In this document: in pieces, positions 12,001 through 20,300 of the stretch
Numbering within the stretch: the stretch's first letter is position 1
How the letters are laid out: the number at the start of each line of letters is the position of its first letter
Source: Pocillopora damicornis
Lineage: Eukaryota
Reading direction: 5' to 3'
Assembly (NCBI RefSeq): GCF_003704095.1
Contig: NW_020845487.1
Coordinates: 62,001 to 126,000, forward strand
DNA length: 64,000 bases
Notes under the pieces: generated by a model
The model's input: the letters and a program-made list of their open reading frames with translations, nothing else
Told to the model about the DNA's origin: nothing
The model's database searches: none
Translations under genes and position numbers: made by a program

Positions 12001-13892
12001 TTTATGGGTGGAGGCATTGGTGTTATTATGTTCTGTCGTTGGGTGAATGGCATTCCCCCTCCAATCGGAAGCTGTGGCATTGTCCCCTCTTCAGGCATCA
12101 TACCCATCTGCGGCGATTCCATGCCATTCATTATCGGTATGTTATTATAAAACTGTCGTCTAAATGGACCGTTCATGTGTCGGAAACGCCTTTTGTGACG
12201 CTTGCGACCATGATGCTCGGGATATTCCTCCGGCTCCTCCATTCGCGACCTCTCATATAAGTAAGAATCGCGAAAATGGTGGCGATGATGGTGTGGGTAC
12301 CAATAATGCAAATGACGGCGATAAAATGGTGCGTCGTCGTAAAAACTTTCAAAACCACGCCTTTCAGGATAAGAGTGGTATGGATTGTAAAAATGACGAC
12401 GATGGAAATGTCCGTACGATCTTCGCATGCCAGGATACCAGTGGTGATGGAGATGGTATGGTGGATAATGGTAATGGTGGTAAAAAGATCGTTCTTGTGC
12501 AGCCGCTGACGCAGAATGAGAACCTGGGCGTGAGACCACCTGTAAAGAAGCAGGTTTGGCTTTGACTTTTACACCGGCAGAATTTGCGTTTATTTCCAAA
12601 TCGGCGGATTTATCGTCCACTTGAAAATGTCCCACTTCAGGCCCATTGGATGGTTTTGCTTCGCCGTCCCTTTCAGCATATGAATCAAGATCAGAAGCGC
12701 CTCGAGTTTTCACAATTTCCGATCCACTGTTTCCTAAGGCGTCTCGAATTGGTCCTACGGGTGCATTTTGAATTTGAGGCACGGTGTGTATTGCTGCTTC
12801 GCTTTCTTGAGATGATGATTGCGTTTTCGTTGACAAATTCTCCTTGCGTCCCAGTGCAGAAGCGGCGTTTTGTTCACCTGATGTAGCTGTTGTGACTTGC
12901 GTTTCTAATTTCTCAGTGGGGGTCTTAGTTTCATCACCACTGACCTGTTTATTGACATTTTCTTTGATTAATGTTTGAGCTTCCTGTGGACTTGCTTGCT
13001 TGCCTACGATAACGGCTTTAGCTACACTATTTCCTAACTGTGATGGAGACCCCGGAAATTTGACAGCGTTCTTGTCGTTAGGAAGACTTCCCATCTTTTT
13101 ACTCTCGTCAGCGTTATCCTGAACACTTCGCACCTGTGCGTTTTCATCAACTACCGTACTTACTGTTGTCTTGCTTTCCTGAACATTTGCACTGTTTTTC
13201 TCTGCAGAACGTCCACTACTATTTACATTATCACTACTTGAATCAGCTTTATCGTTCACGCCATTGTTTTCCGTTTGCAGTTCCCCACTTTCTTCTTGTT
13301 TTTTGTGAACATTGTTCTCATTTTCCCTACTCGAAGAATCCTCTCCTTCCTTTAATTCCTCTGATTTTGATTTACTGCTGACGGAGTTTTCCATCGACCC
13401 TTGCTGATGATCAGCAACAGAACTGTCAGTGGCTCCATTATCAGAGCCTTTTTTCTCTTCCTCAACTGGGACGCCAATCGATTCGCTTTCTGGCTGGTCG
13501 ACTTTAGAGCGGACATTCTCTTCAGTGTTTAAGTGCAATAAAGTATCTTTATCCACACCAGAATCTGAAGTCAAAGGCTGTATGGGTGTTTCAATACCCT
13601 GTCTCTTTTGAGGCTCTACAGTCAACAGTTGTTCATAACTACTCTTTGGCAACTCGTCCTCGACTTCGGTTGGACTTCGCTTGTCCCTCTCTATATGGTC
13701 GCCATTTTTATAGTTTATATTGTCTGGCCAATCTCCTTCATTCAAGCCTCCTAGATTACCTGTTGTATATGTACTCAGAAGATCTTGTTTAGGGTACGGC
13801 TTGGCTTGTATTGGCGACAAGTTAAGGTGAAGGAGAAGAGAATGAAATAGTGCTAAAGTCGCCAGAATATTTGGCGGCGACCAGCCAAACAT
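3..13892 (-). CDS. Gene A: giant single-exon secreted His/Pro-rich polyprotein precursor, >=4,630 aa, 3'-partial (runs off the left edge)
   Basis: ATG at 13892 gives MFGWSPPNILATLALFHSLLLHLNLSPIQA-KPYPKQ (signal-peptide-like). Hand translation of both ends and of all modules is in one frame (codon starts = 2 mod 3), ending ...YRAMPNALSYLSMVPQLPHR at nt 3. The ORF track lists no minus-strand ORF in this frame in 1-13.9 kb, as expected if no stop exists. Order: acidic pro-region, His/Tyr and Met/Gly/Asn segments, 18 His-Pro modules with basic spacers, then a Gln/Pro-rich tail with KR sites. Confidence 0.92.
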   Translation of the reverse strand, partial: MFGWSPPNILATLALFHSLLLHLNLSPIQAKPYPKQDLLSTYTTGNLGGLNEGDWPDNINYKNGDHIERDKRSPTEVEDELPKSSYEQLLTVEPQKRQGIETPIQPLTSDSGVDKDTLLHLNTEENVRSKVDQPESESIGVPVEEEKKGSDNGATDSSVADHQQGSMENSVSSKSKSEELKEGEDSSSRENENNVHKKQEESGELQTENNGVNDKADSSSDNVNSSGRSAEKNSANVQESKTTVSTVVDENAQVRSVQDNADESKKMGSLPNDKNAVKFPGSPSQLGNSVAKAVIVGKQASPQEAQTLIKENVNKQVSGDETKTPTEKLETQVTTATSGEQNAASALGRKENLSTKTQSSSQESEAAIHTVPQIQNAPVGPIRDALGNSGSEIVKTRGASDLDSYAERDGEAKPSNGPEVGHFQVDDKSADLEINANSAGVKVKAKPASLQVVSRPGSHSASAAAQERSFYHHYHYPPYHLHHHWYPGMRRSYGHFHRRHFYNPYHSYPERRGFESFYDDAPFYRRHLHYWYPHHHRHHFRDSYLYERSRMEEPEEYPEHHGRKRHKRRFRHMNGPFRRQFYNNIPIMNGMESPQMGMMPEEGTMPQLPIGGGMPFTQRQNIITPMPPPINVAGNPPPGLLGGVNPQNFMMNGMNGLNNFNSANQMNNINTFGGINDMSNMGTAGLNSLGPMGAMEGLPGGVNGGMQGMAPTNEIPVRSLGARNVNSPSEAPRMAFKKTKILSGKKNETDKHDTGKAPLYKQHGAGKASKRKVNIKSWEKTLKRYHRLNVFTSRKHERHQYRRNAKSDEKKNDTKTHSLSHPHAQQPKEVKGNRKNSIVMHRPPIIYHPPPEIYHRPDIVVHRAPIMLHRPPIIYHQPPVVVHRPAIIYHQPPIVFHQPPPVVHQPILHSHDTWVTKPMVYHTASMVSHAKTYYGIPSHVYSGDYGEGCHGAHCSYRKGKVPHQAKNSTQPDHFKKTKRDSLGDYMAYFTNLWKPKVLKKREIYDQYDFITSTEGSKEKLSYKNMDVDVVNKRDTSSERIKGKLKLRRETEQDDGDDSKDGTQNKKKKDVVVNRPPIIYHPPPEIYHRPDIVVHRPPLVIHRPPIIYHQPPVIVHRPAVVYHQPPIVFHQPPPAVSQPLLYSHDSFTVHPSFYATHHGSVVRDFGHYVGVPNVITNYGNPLFGRPPPIGKRSKIEGSSSSENATVADSNNITAVASKKTSFEDNSKKAKNETNEKAGKKNTVIVRRPPIIYHPPPEIYHRPIIVVHRPPIMIHRAPIFYHQPPVVVHRPAIVYHQPPLVFHQPPPMVHQPVLKSHDTWISHPVVVPYSSRVLHHHTYVGVPDAYTVHHFGGGHGYSFYKSHILKHTKSLEEEASARNKISGDTNSTKLEEDSSHKPFHERKENVTSRLTTKKAKSQKGGKKNAVIVRRPPVIYHPPPEIYHRPEIVVHRAPIVIHRAPIIYHQPPVIVHRPAIVYHQPALIFHQPPPVVHQPVFRSHDTYVHRPLVRLYGSRMHHVGHLYHIPHAYYHGHGGGVHYMAYGKSKVPAKEKTEEEKGDTRATVKGKRGHKKSKPGRKGHRIRRKHIPLTRSKDKTETGTKLHKSHSFPVKYHKAKEVTEKANKKNSVVIHRPPIIYHPPPEIYHRPDIVVHRAPIVLYRAPIIYHQPPVVVHRPAIVYHQPPIVFHQPPPMVHQPVLHSHDTWVTKPVVIPYASHVRHVATYKGVPHEEIFMHGIGTGAFGKSHVPMKATRRDKVHRVEENDQDSGEKTKTKTESDTPTNEKQSNKTEHADGAKQNKENSAKLGAGERIARALSDSLIHKQWETRSPVGAQTRIQRSLHSLLPYFSDPVESGYSSEFSLSPQRHTVISGETATRIQRSIDDVWSPYTKPLTSSVNSRIGASARIQRALADPRTTFEGETAYEMYKRSSEETQTSTPDENADKNTNSTKKTLLIIHRPPILYHPPSHMIHRPSIVVHRPDIIVHRHPIVFHRPPILVHRPPIIIHRQPVLIHRPPIIVHRPPLVFHRPPIIIHRRPYIIHHHPILFHRPPIIIHKGPQMIVHHSHLIHHYPMHMIHMHCPGCGYGKSTVARIEDKSTENDIMKTSQSDQSFKDATNEDSKGKSSNKPKRSVADKKSKKSAVETDHDRKKKDSRKKKKDVVVNRPPIIYHPPPEVYHRPDIVVHRAPILIHRPPIVYHQPPVVVHRPAVVYHQPPIVFHQPAPAVNQPVLYSHDSFVVHPMAFASHMGSVVNDAGHYVGLPHGGVTNYPGNIPRGPTGHMFPTLNQAHWARRTEVSKPQGANPVKNSDQGHLEHQKYTNELKDHERKHLGKVHAAPTQQKSKHTKGERKNKVIVARPPMIYHPPPEIYDRPDIVVHRPDIVIHRPSIVYHQPSVVVHRAPVVYQQPPVVFHQPSPMVSQPIYNAHDTYVAHPVFHPQVSHIAHSSTYVGAPHLYPGHNDYGWGLSGHLPAEQTAQYHYASNYGYSGINGYTPSPAYDAYGYSSYGPAFGRSEVENSKSKSSKKKHERKHLKDSFLKKNNNASRKRRSAELSKRHLHHHHRHHHHSQHHRHSHHHRGSKRFYHLRPISAFAHPGHRKHVVIIHRPPLIYHPPPQVYRQPDILMHLPPLVYNRPAIMFQQPPTIVHHPPIIYHQPPVVFHNPPPIIHTPVIHSHEIFTPHAQHIMVPTSPYLHPSGNYFGSVVQGTAYGKSHIERMNTSSYKIESETKERGDVQKTKPDEKREASRSRTEKLVNNENAKKQNVGLVVHQPPIVYHPPPDIFDKPTVVMHPPPLVVHRPPILIHRAPVVVHRPPVIIHRPPIVLHHPTPVYHVPHLFHPMRFAFGKSSIEKDNSKVSKEDNSGKGGHIAKSTTAKEVGEKSEDKKGERKNLVVVHRPPMIYHPPPEIYDRPNVIMHRPDIVVHRPSIVYHQPSVVVHRPPIIYRQPPIIFHQPPPMINQPIMHVHDTYLAHPIPVPYTSQIHHTATYVGAPHYFHRQPFGAYVGHAFGKSAVEKVENRKTSKDEKNSQKKTSKSGDKFHSKLKRDTRDEDETKAKSSEKSKGHKKNKVVIARPPMIYHPPAEIYDRPNIVVHRPDIVIHRPSIVYHQPSVVVHRPPVIYQQPPVVFHQPPPLVHQPIMHAHDTYVAHPVPVPYSSHIQHTSTYVGSPHHYPGGWNYGWSQPRFFSPAFGKSKVPKTSSESLKGKKSKESQRDKHKRAAKDDQTKNDKEVKPKSERKSKKKNQVVIRRPPLIYHPPPEVYHKPDVVMHRPDIVIHRPPVVYHQPSVVVHRPPVVYQQPPVVFHQPSPTVSQPIFHAHDTYLSHPYFTPYTSSVSTGGNYVGAPHFYGSGWGMGGDMYGFHSAFGKSDVAKVHKKQKKQGDKEVYKGSKRTLEQEAKSLEDVVKLKNETKTTLNGNKKNLVIMRRPPLIYHPPPEVYHKPDVVMHRPDIVIHRPSIVFHQPSVVVHRPPVIYHQPPVVFHQPSPMVHQPIFHSHDTYLAHPHFVPFASHVHHTHSYVGAPHFYPGDWGWEGSNYDYGFHHAFGKSKVEKAGKQKNKSKNIERESEESRRTLHRTEVRKISEKGSREDSSKGNKKNLVVMHRPPLIYHPPPEIYHRPDIVVHRPDLVIHRPSVVFHQPSVVVHRPPVIYHQPPVVFHQPSPMVHQPIFHAHETYLAHPHFVPFMSHLSHAGSYVGAPHFYPGHFGHGIGHFMGHAFYKSKVEKGSKKGSVGTIERGKEGNQITHSKKAPRSKSKRDTSESSKASETLLKSTLLAHNIKGGTQRAQKKLSGNAQAKSVSLHPQKEDKKRHRKGHKKNMVVIQRPALIYHPPPEIYDRPDIIVHRPDFVIHQPSVVYHQPSVVVHRPPVIYNPPPVVFHQPSPMVHQPMYTAHDIYHSRPSFVPYSSQIKHTHTYVGAPHYYAGGWRYGYGFSNNAIPNMNSWQRWNAFQGPWYSPSLYRANYVAPTAPVNRRVLPRPNPAAFSKSRAFSKSLVEKHLDKAQELSKTHEKHSEKKHIKSPHRAVKKAGIRKQRSVEPDKNSTTTYHSLKDKLHKKGHQSGKGGKKNQVVLRRPPLVYHPPPEVYHKPDIIVHRPDIVLHQPSVVYHQPSVIVHRPPVIYNQPPVVFHQPAPMVRQPIFHAHEQYMAHPAFVPFTSHVQHSGTYLGAPNFFGGRWNYGYGNAFGKSHVLKYRSKSEKPKKRHRKQETRPEGKKGYILHPQKVKDVKASRKNDIVVSRPPIIYHPPPEIYHRPDIVVHRAPIVLHRPPIIYHQPPVVVHRPAVVYHQPPIVFHQPPPAVNQPILHSHDSFILRPAARFLPQGSTVTHSMSYVGIPNHVIHGDELDFHHFHRSHIEHSAKDKLNGKSSKPQITKSTISKTTTTKTENTETIITDQTQKKTLRSTINQHPLTKRQLMGSHSLYGSVSPINDVEDLHKSIEQKEKMSIIPGNTSIREHEVAKRSYKPSYDVTKRQLILPESTDSIPSVYNQLETAALQNQALLEAQEIPNPNGINMEHLPGFGANLKAIQELEGSPVAPSRFPLPLQQYLPATPKDDSPDVRVHVETAKSSIPPRKRGKRQLVPLYQQQGPVIPRVLYQAPNPGSVGVIHTTAPSSLYNLFNAYHPAYRAMPNALSYLSMVPQLPHR
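900..11395 (-). repeat. 18 tandem His-Pro heptad modules (about 85-160 aa each) inside gene A
   Basis: Consensus [KR]K-N-xVVx-HRPPIIY-HPPPEIY-HRPDIVV-HRPDIVI-HRPSIVY-HQPSVVV-HRPPVIY-HQPPVVF-HQPPPMV-HQPIxHSHDTY...TYVGAPH...AFGKS. Approximate module starts (high coordinate): 11390, 10690, 10170, 9630, 9030, 8050, 7430, 6860, 6120, 5630, 5245, 4720, 4190, 3665, 3140, 2480, 1730, 1240. Confidence 0.9.
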
Positions 13893-16800
13893 TATGTGGC
13901 TTTTTAGTACATTAAAACTTTCCCAAGAAAATGAGCGCGTTCTCTCCAACCATTGTTTTGTTATTACATCACAAGTAGTTTCTATCGCCGGTCTGTGAAC
14001 AGTAAAAAGATGATATAAGGGGCGCGGAATTTGGATTAAGTCTTCTTATCTCATAAAACCAGATGGAACACCTGTTAGTTTCCAATCAAAAGTATACTTT
14101 GTGACAGGTATTCTTGTTACGGCAATCAAAACCTCCCTCTATGAGTGGTGAACTCGCTCTATGAGGTGCACAAAATACTGGTGCCTCTTTAAGTTCAATG
14201 GACAATTAAAGTGTGGGGACTTTACACCAGAAATACACAGTCACAATAACCTATTTTTTTTACTCACATAAATACTTGCAAAGTATCGAAGAAGGAAAAC
14301 ATGATTAAGCATTCTCTGTCCACCAGAGAAGCAGCGTTGCGGTTCACATCACATAACAATGATAATTAAATGTTTTTGATTTGCTTTAAGAACTCTTCGC
14401 TGACGAAATATTGGGAATTGATGTATGTGTTCAGATGTTTTAAACATTGAACTCATTTTCATTCTGTAACATGTTCAAGAGGCGATGTTTTGACTACCGC
14501 CTGCCTTATGAACAAAATGTTGGTGTCATGTCAAAGGATACAAAATAAGATATAGCTTTCTTTAAATTAAACGCTTCAATGCATTTCCTTCTATTTTCGC
14601 GGAAAAGTATGTAAACCACCTTCTAGTCAAGTGCTTGTTTTATTATTTTTTTTATTTTAACGAACCCAAAGTGGACTTAACCGAGAGGCAAACAAATAAT
14701 TTTACCAGGAAGTAACTGATAAACAAACTGTTGATGCTTTGACCAATAATTGCCCCGATGCAGAAACAATTTAAATTTAGTTTTCAAACGAAATTCTAAA
14801 ACAAAGCGGACGCAAAGCAGACTTAACCAGGTAACAAACAAATACTATTACCTTGATGTAACAATTAAACAAACTTTTGATCCTTGGATGGGTAATTGCC
14901 CCAATGCCGTAAAATGCTTTAAATTTAGTTTCCTAAGGATTTCTTAAACAAAACTATAGCTGAAAGATTTCATTCACAATATTTTATTTTGACTGAAATG
15001 CATTTGGATGACAGTTGAAATTTCAGTTCAGGTGACCGGGTACAACTCAGATTTTAGTGCGACAGACCATTAGCCTCAAGAACTTGGTGATGTTCTCATT
15101 TCCGTCAAAATTCAGTTTCGTATTTCAACATGCATCCAATTTAGCATGATTTCTCAAGCGATTTTACCATGGGGACTTTTTGTATTAATCGGTTTACATT
15201 TCAGCACGCGATGTAATTAATTAAGCACCGTTTTAAGGGATTGTTGGTCGGTTAAACACAATATGTTCGTCAGATAAAATATTTGTCGACTTTTTTTGGA
15301 TATTGCGTTGTAAGGAGGGGGCTTTAAAGTATTAAACGACCTCTTGTAACTGAGCCCTCACTTTTAAAGCAGATTTCGAAAAGTATTAGTATTGAAAATC
15401 TTACTTCATCGCCTCCTCACTACTTGTCTTGCCAAAATCTATTTCCGTTGGAAAGATGATCGTAGCTGCTGATCACGTTTTGTGGTAAACGCTGAGACGC
15501 TTTTCTTCAGAAAACAGGCTTTATTTGTCATTATTATTATGTAATGATAGTTTTAGAAGGCCAACTACAGTTGCGAAGATCAAGTGTCTATTGCACTTTG
15601 TTGGAATGATAGCTGCTTATTTTTGTAACCGAGGAAAATAGGATGCATTTTTTAGGGCTATGTTTCGGGTCACTGTCAATAGAAAACTGCAGAGAAGTCG
15701 GCTTAATTATTTTTACAAAAATTTCTTAACCGTTGCTATCTTCTTCTCTTTTTTCTTTTTTCTAAACTTGCTTCCGATAATGGAAAAGCTACTGGTGGCC
15801 GAAAATAAGTCTTACGAAGCTTACCGAACAAATTCTAACAAACAGGCCTTAAGTGAAACCCCTGCAAATGGTCTGCGCTTCGCTAGATTCTTTAATGCAT
15901 CTATAGTTTCAGTTAAATGACTGAAAACTCGTCAGCGTTCAATACGGGTTGTACTTTTAGGTGAAAAACTCCAATTCAAAGGAGATACCCAACTCATCAA
16001 GGGAGAATGTGTAATCTGTTATGTTTCCAAAAGAACTAACTCGATGGAGCTTATTGTCCCTCAATTGTCTCTCTTCCGCTAGTTCCTTTCCATGCAGCAT
16101 CAGTTTAAATATCATAGCATTACCGTGCATTGTACTCATTAACCGTTTAACTTATATTATTAGCTTTCTTTACGAATCGGAATGGGACGTGGTGTGTCTG
16201 TGCGTATCATGGTTAAATCGATGACAATTTTGAGTTTATTTGCGTTGTTCACTACTCTTCTAATATCCTTCATGAATGGTGTCTGTAGACAGAGGTAAAC
16301 TATAGGGTTACTCGGTAAATACGACACTTTCACTTCAAAGGAGAAGACTTTTCAACTTCTTGACGAAAAAACACCTGTCTTTATGAGTTGTTCACCTTTC
16401 ACACCTTATGACTATGTTGACAAAGCGTCGACTTATATCTAATTATAATCACAGACGAAATTAATTTAACTCTTTAAGGGTTCAACCAAAACAAAAGAGT
16501 TGTTGACCTTTTTCAACTACCATCAAACAAACGCCGAACCACTTGTTGACCAAAATCTCGATTAGCCGTGTTCAAACTGAGGATGTGACAAAGTTGATTA
16601 ACGCTGGCTGCATTTTGGGGTTTTTGTAAAATATAATTGGTTACAGAATTCCTCGGAGACTTCTAATTGACTTAAATGCGTTTGCTTGCGTATCGATTGT
16701 TTGTTTTGCCGTGTACATTAATATTTTATGAAAGACTGTCGTTTGCCTGTTCAAATTATACAAAATAATTGGAAAGAAAAACCAAGTTCTTGAATAAAAT

Positions 16801-17375
16801 GCGTATTAAAAAATCTCGGGCAAAATGATAATTAGTAGTTTTTGTTATATGCGTTAAAGAGTGACTTAATTTTATTTTTTAGTTAGGTACTTGTTCAGTG
16901 CAACCGACCCGCTGTAGGAGGTAACCAAATATGGCAAGGTACCCGCTGGATCTTTATCGCACTAACACAGCCATAACAACTTGAACAAAGCAAAATCAAT
17001 CTCTCCTGACTTGCCTAGCAGGTGACCTAAATAAGTTATTCATGAAAGTAACCATTTATTTCTCTCTAAGACAAAATAAAAGAAATTAATTGTATTACTT
17101 GCATTTTAAGCGTGAAACCTCATTTAAATGAAGAGAAATACCAAAAGGAAATTGGGTTTTAAAGTTCATGGTTAAGTGATAAAATTTATTGGATAACTTT
17201 CACAGATTCATTGTGTTTCGTCTTTTAAATGTTTTATTTGACACGTTATTTTCAGTATTACAAAAGAATATTTAATAACTTACGTAAGTGTACTTTTCTC
17301 TTATCTGCAACACTAGCGCGGTCTTATCAAGGGTTTAGTTTGGTCTTTCGTGTCTCGCGGAAGACTATGATCAAC

Positions 17376-20300
17376 ATGAGACTAAATCGCTTTCTCTTTT
17401 TAGCATTTCTGGTCATAACAAGTCTTCTCGTGGTGCACAGTAAACCGCTTGCCCAAGATAACGAAGAGAAAGAGCGTTTGAAAAGAAATGAGCCCGAAGA
17501 AGACGCACCTGACTCTTCAGGCGAAGAACAAACGAGTAAGGAAGTTGAAAACCCAGCGGGGGATGAACAAAACGAGCCTACAGAAAAAGGAGATGAAAAA
17601 CAAAATCAACAGAATGAGCAAAAAATAGATCATGAAAATTCTGTTGAGCAAAACGGTGAAGATGCTTCTACAAACGAAGCGGCTGATGAAGCGGAAGAAA
17701 ACAGCAAAGATGAAAAGAGGAAAGGTTCCAAGAGATGGCTCCACCATGGGTATGCTGGTTATGGAGGGTGGGGTTATCCTGGCTGGGGTGGAATTCATGG
17801 ATATGGAATTTATCCTGGTGCATTTGGGCCTGGGTATGGTCTGGGCGCTGGATATGGTCTCGGAGCTGGTCTTGGAGCTGGTCTCGGAGCTGGTCTCGGA
17901 GCTGGTCTCGGAGCTGGTCTTAGCTGGCCTGGCTACTGGTATAGGTCTAGCGTACCAAAATACGCGAAAACTCAAGGTTCATCCAAAAAGTTTGGTGTCG
18001 AGCATCCTTTGGGCTATGGTCTCGGATATTTTGGTGGTTATGGTGGTTATGGCGGTTATGGTATTTATGGCGGTCTTGCCGGCCCGTGGAGTGGATACTA
18101 TGGTGGGCCTTACGGGTATGGATTTGGTTTTCCAGGATATGGCTTTATGCCAAACCCAGCTTTGTTTCCCACGTCCTTTTTCAGGTCTGGTGTTCCAACA
18201 AAATCAGATAAGAAAGGCGCAAACAGAAGAGAAAATGTAGCTAAGAGATTTTATGGTTACGGCCATTTTGGTGTTCCCGCTGGGTTTGGATATCCTGGCT
18301 GGGCTAATTACGGACATCCTGGATTCGGTTTTGGAGTTCCTGCCTTTGGTAGCTATAGCCCTTTCCTTGGGTATGGACCTTTCGGTACTTGCTTCTATAA
18401 ATCCAAAATACCCAAAGACAAAAAGGACCGTAGTAAGGCGAAGCGAGACACAACTGGGAAAGTCCATAAGAAATGCTGTGGAGGATGCGGAGGATGCGGA
18501 GGATGCGGAGGATGCGGTGGATGTGGAGGATTCCTGGGCTGCGGAGGCAGCTACGGAGGACTTGGAGGATGTGGTGGATTTGGCCTAGGAGGATGGGGTG
18601 GATTAGGCTTAGGAGGATGGGGTGGATTTGGGCATGGCTTAGGATATGGAGGATTTGGCCACGGTGGATGGGGATGGGGCGGTTATGGCTATCCTCTATC
18701 TGGTGGGTGGGGCTTAGGAGGCTATGGCGCCTGGGGCCCAGGCTGTGGATTCTACAGATCAAAGGTTTCAGGACATGATAAACCGGAGAAACCTGAGAAT
18801 AAATCGAAACGGGAGGCTGATGACAATGAACAAACAGAAGACAAAGCTGAGGAAGAGCAAGCACCAGAAAGCTCAGAAACAAAAGATGACAAGAAAGACA
18901 AGAGTAACTGCGGCTGCGCACCACCATCATCGGACAACTCCGGAAACAACAAAGCTGGAAAAAGAAGTTGTTGCGGTGGTTCAGCATACTTGGGATTACC
19001 CTTTTATGGAGGTTATGGAGGATACGGGGGATGGTATGGCTCGGGATACGGCTATGGCTATCCTTTCCTAGGGTATGGCGGGCTAGGTTTTGGTTTAGGT
19101 TACGGTCGTGGTTTAGGTTATGGAGGATGCGGTTTCCCCTGTGGAGGTTCTCTTGAGGTAAGAACTAAAAAAAATGGATGTTATTAAATTTTCTTAGGAT
19201 ATATTAGAGCAACTTATCATGACGCTTACCATAGGAACTAACAGAACTTACCTGCTTGGTAAGATCTTAGGAGTGAGACAGTCAACATTTCAAATTCCAA
19301 ATTTTAAATTTCAAGACGTTCTAAGTATCCAATAATTTGCATTTCGATTTCCATGATTAATTTCTAAAGTGAAACGTTGAAGGTTTGTTATAAATACTAT
19401 CTTTTATCATGCTATAGCGACTGATACCTTTAACACTGTGTATGCAGACGATTGAACGTAAGGGCGCATTCATCTGCTGATTTATTTCGCGAAATTAGAT
19501 TGAGGATCTGAGCCAGAACAACACAGGACAGTAGACTTGGCAATTATTGAGATTTTGAGAGAAGTTATTGTTTCGTTTTCTTAAAAGGCTTTTATAGAAT
19601 TATGACAAGAAAGTTTACTGAAATTACGCTGAGATAAGCTCGTGTCACTCAATTATCAAAACGTAACAAAGAAAAGCATAAGTAGCAGTAGTTGCTGTCT
19701 AAAAAAAAAAAAACGAAACAAAACAGACCAAGTCTTTTAGGGAAATGTCCTTATGATTTGTTTTCATATGAGCCAAGCACAGACGTAATTTCCAACTGCT
19801 TGCATTGTTCGACGGTGTCTTTTTTTTCTTTGTATTCGTTGCCTCATGTAAATATCCATATTTTTATTTAACTGAAGTTGAAGCGAGCGAACGCGTTTTT
19901 GTGAAACAATTTGAGGTTATAATTATCTATCATAAATAGCTCCGGATTGACTGTTTGGCCTAAACACGGTAGAGGATATTGTAGCCCCATCAGCCGTACT
20001 TTCTCTGATTTACAAACTTTAATGAAAAAGAATTTCTAAAATTAAGCTAAAGAGGCTAAAAATGAGATCGGACTCGCGGACCATTCAAAATTTTTTCAGC
20101 TATTGGGAGCCATTTATACAAATGATTCTCATTTATTACCCATGTTAAGTCGGTGGCGTGTTCTTACACGTATCTCGAAATGTCAAACACGTTAATAAGA
20201 AGCTGATTGGCCCTCTATTTGTATCAAAGATAGTCTTAAGCAGGTAATACCTGTTAGTCGGTAAATCACGAGCCTGCTTTTTCCCTGTTTATACTGCTTT

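Noticed and set aside
797-13792. Dozens of plus-strand ORFs rich in Trp/Met/Arg/Asn and a few off-frame minus ORFs
   Set aside because: Antisense or frame-shifted shadows of the His-Pro repeats of gene A; short, stop-riddled and without coherent starts.
17229-17366. 46-aa N-terminal extension of the 652-aa ORF
   Set aside because: The signal peptide starts at Met 17367/17376; the upstream part is AT-rich and looks like UTR or promoter.
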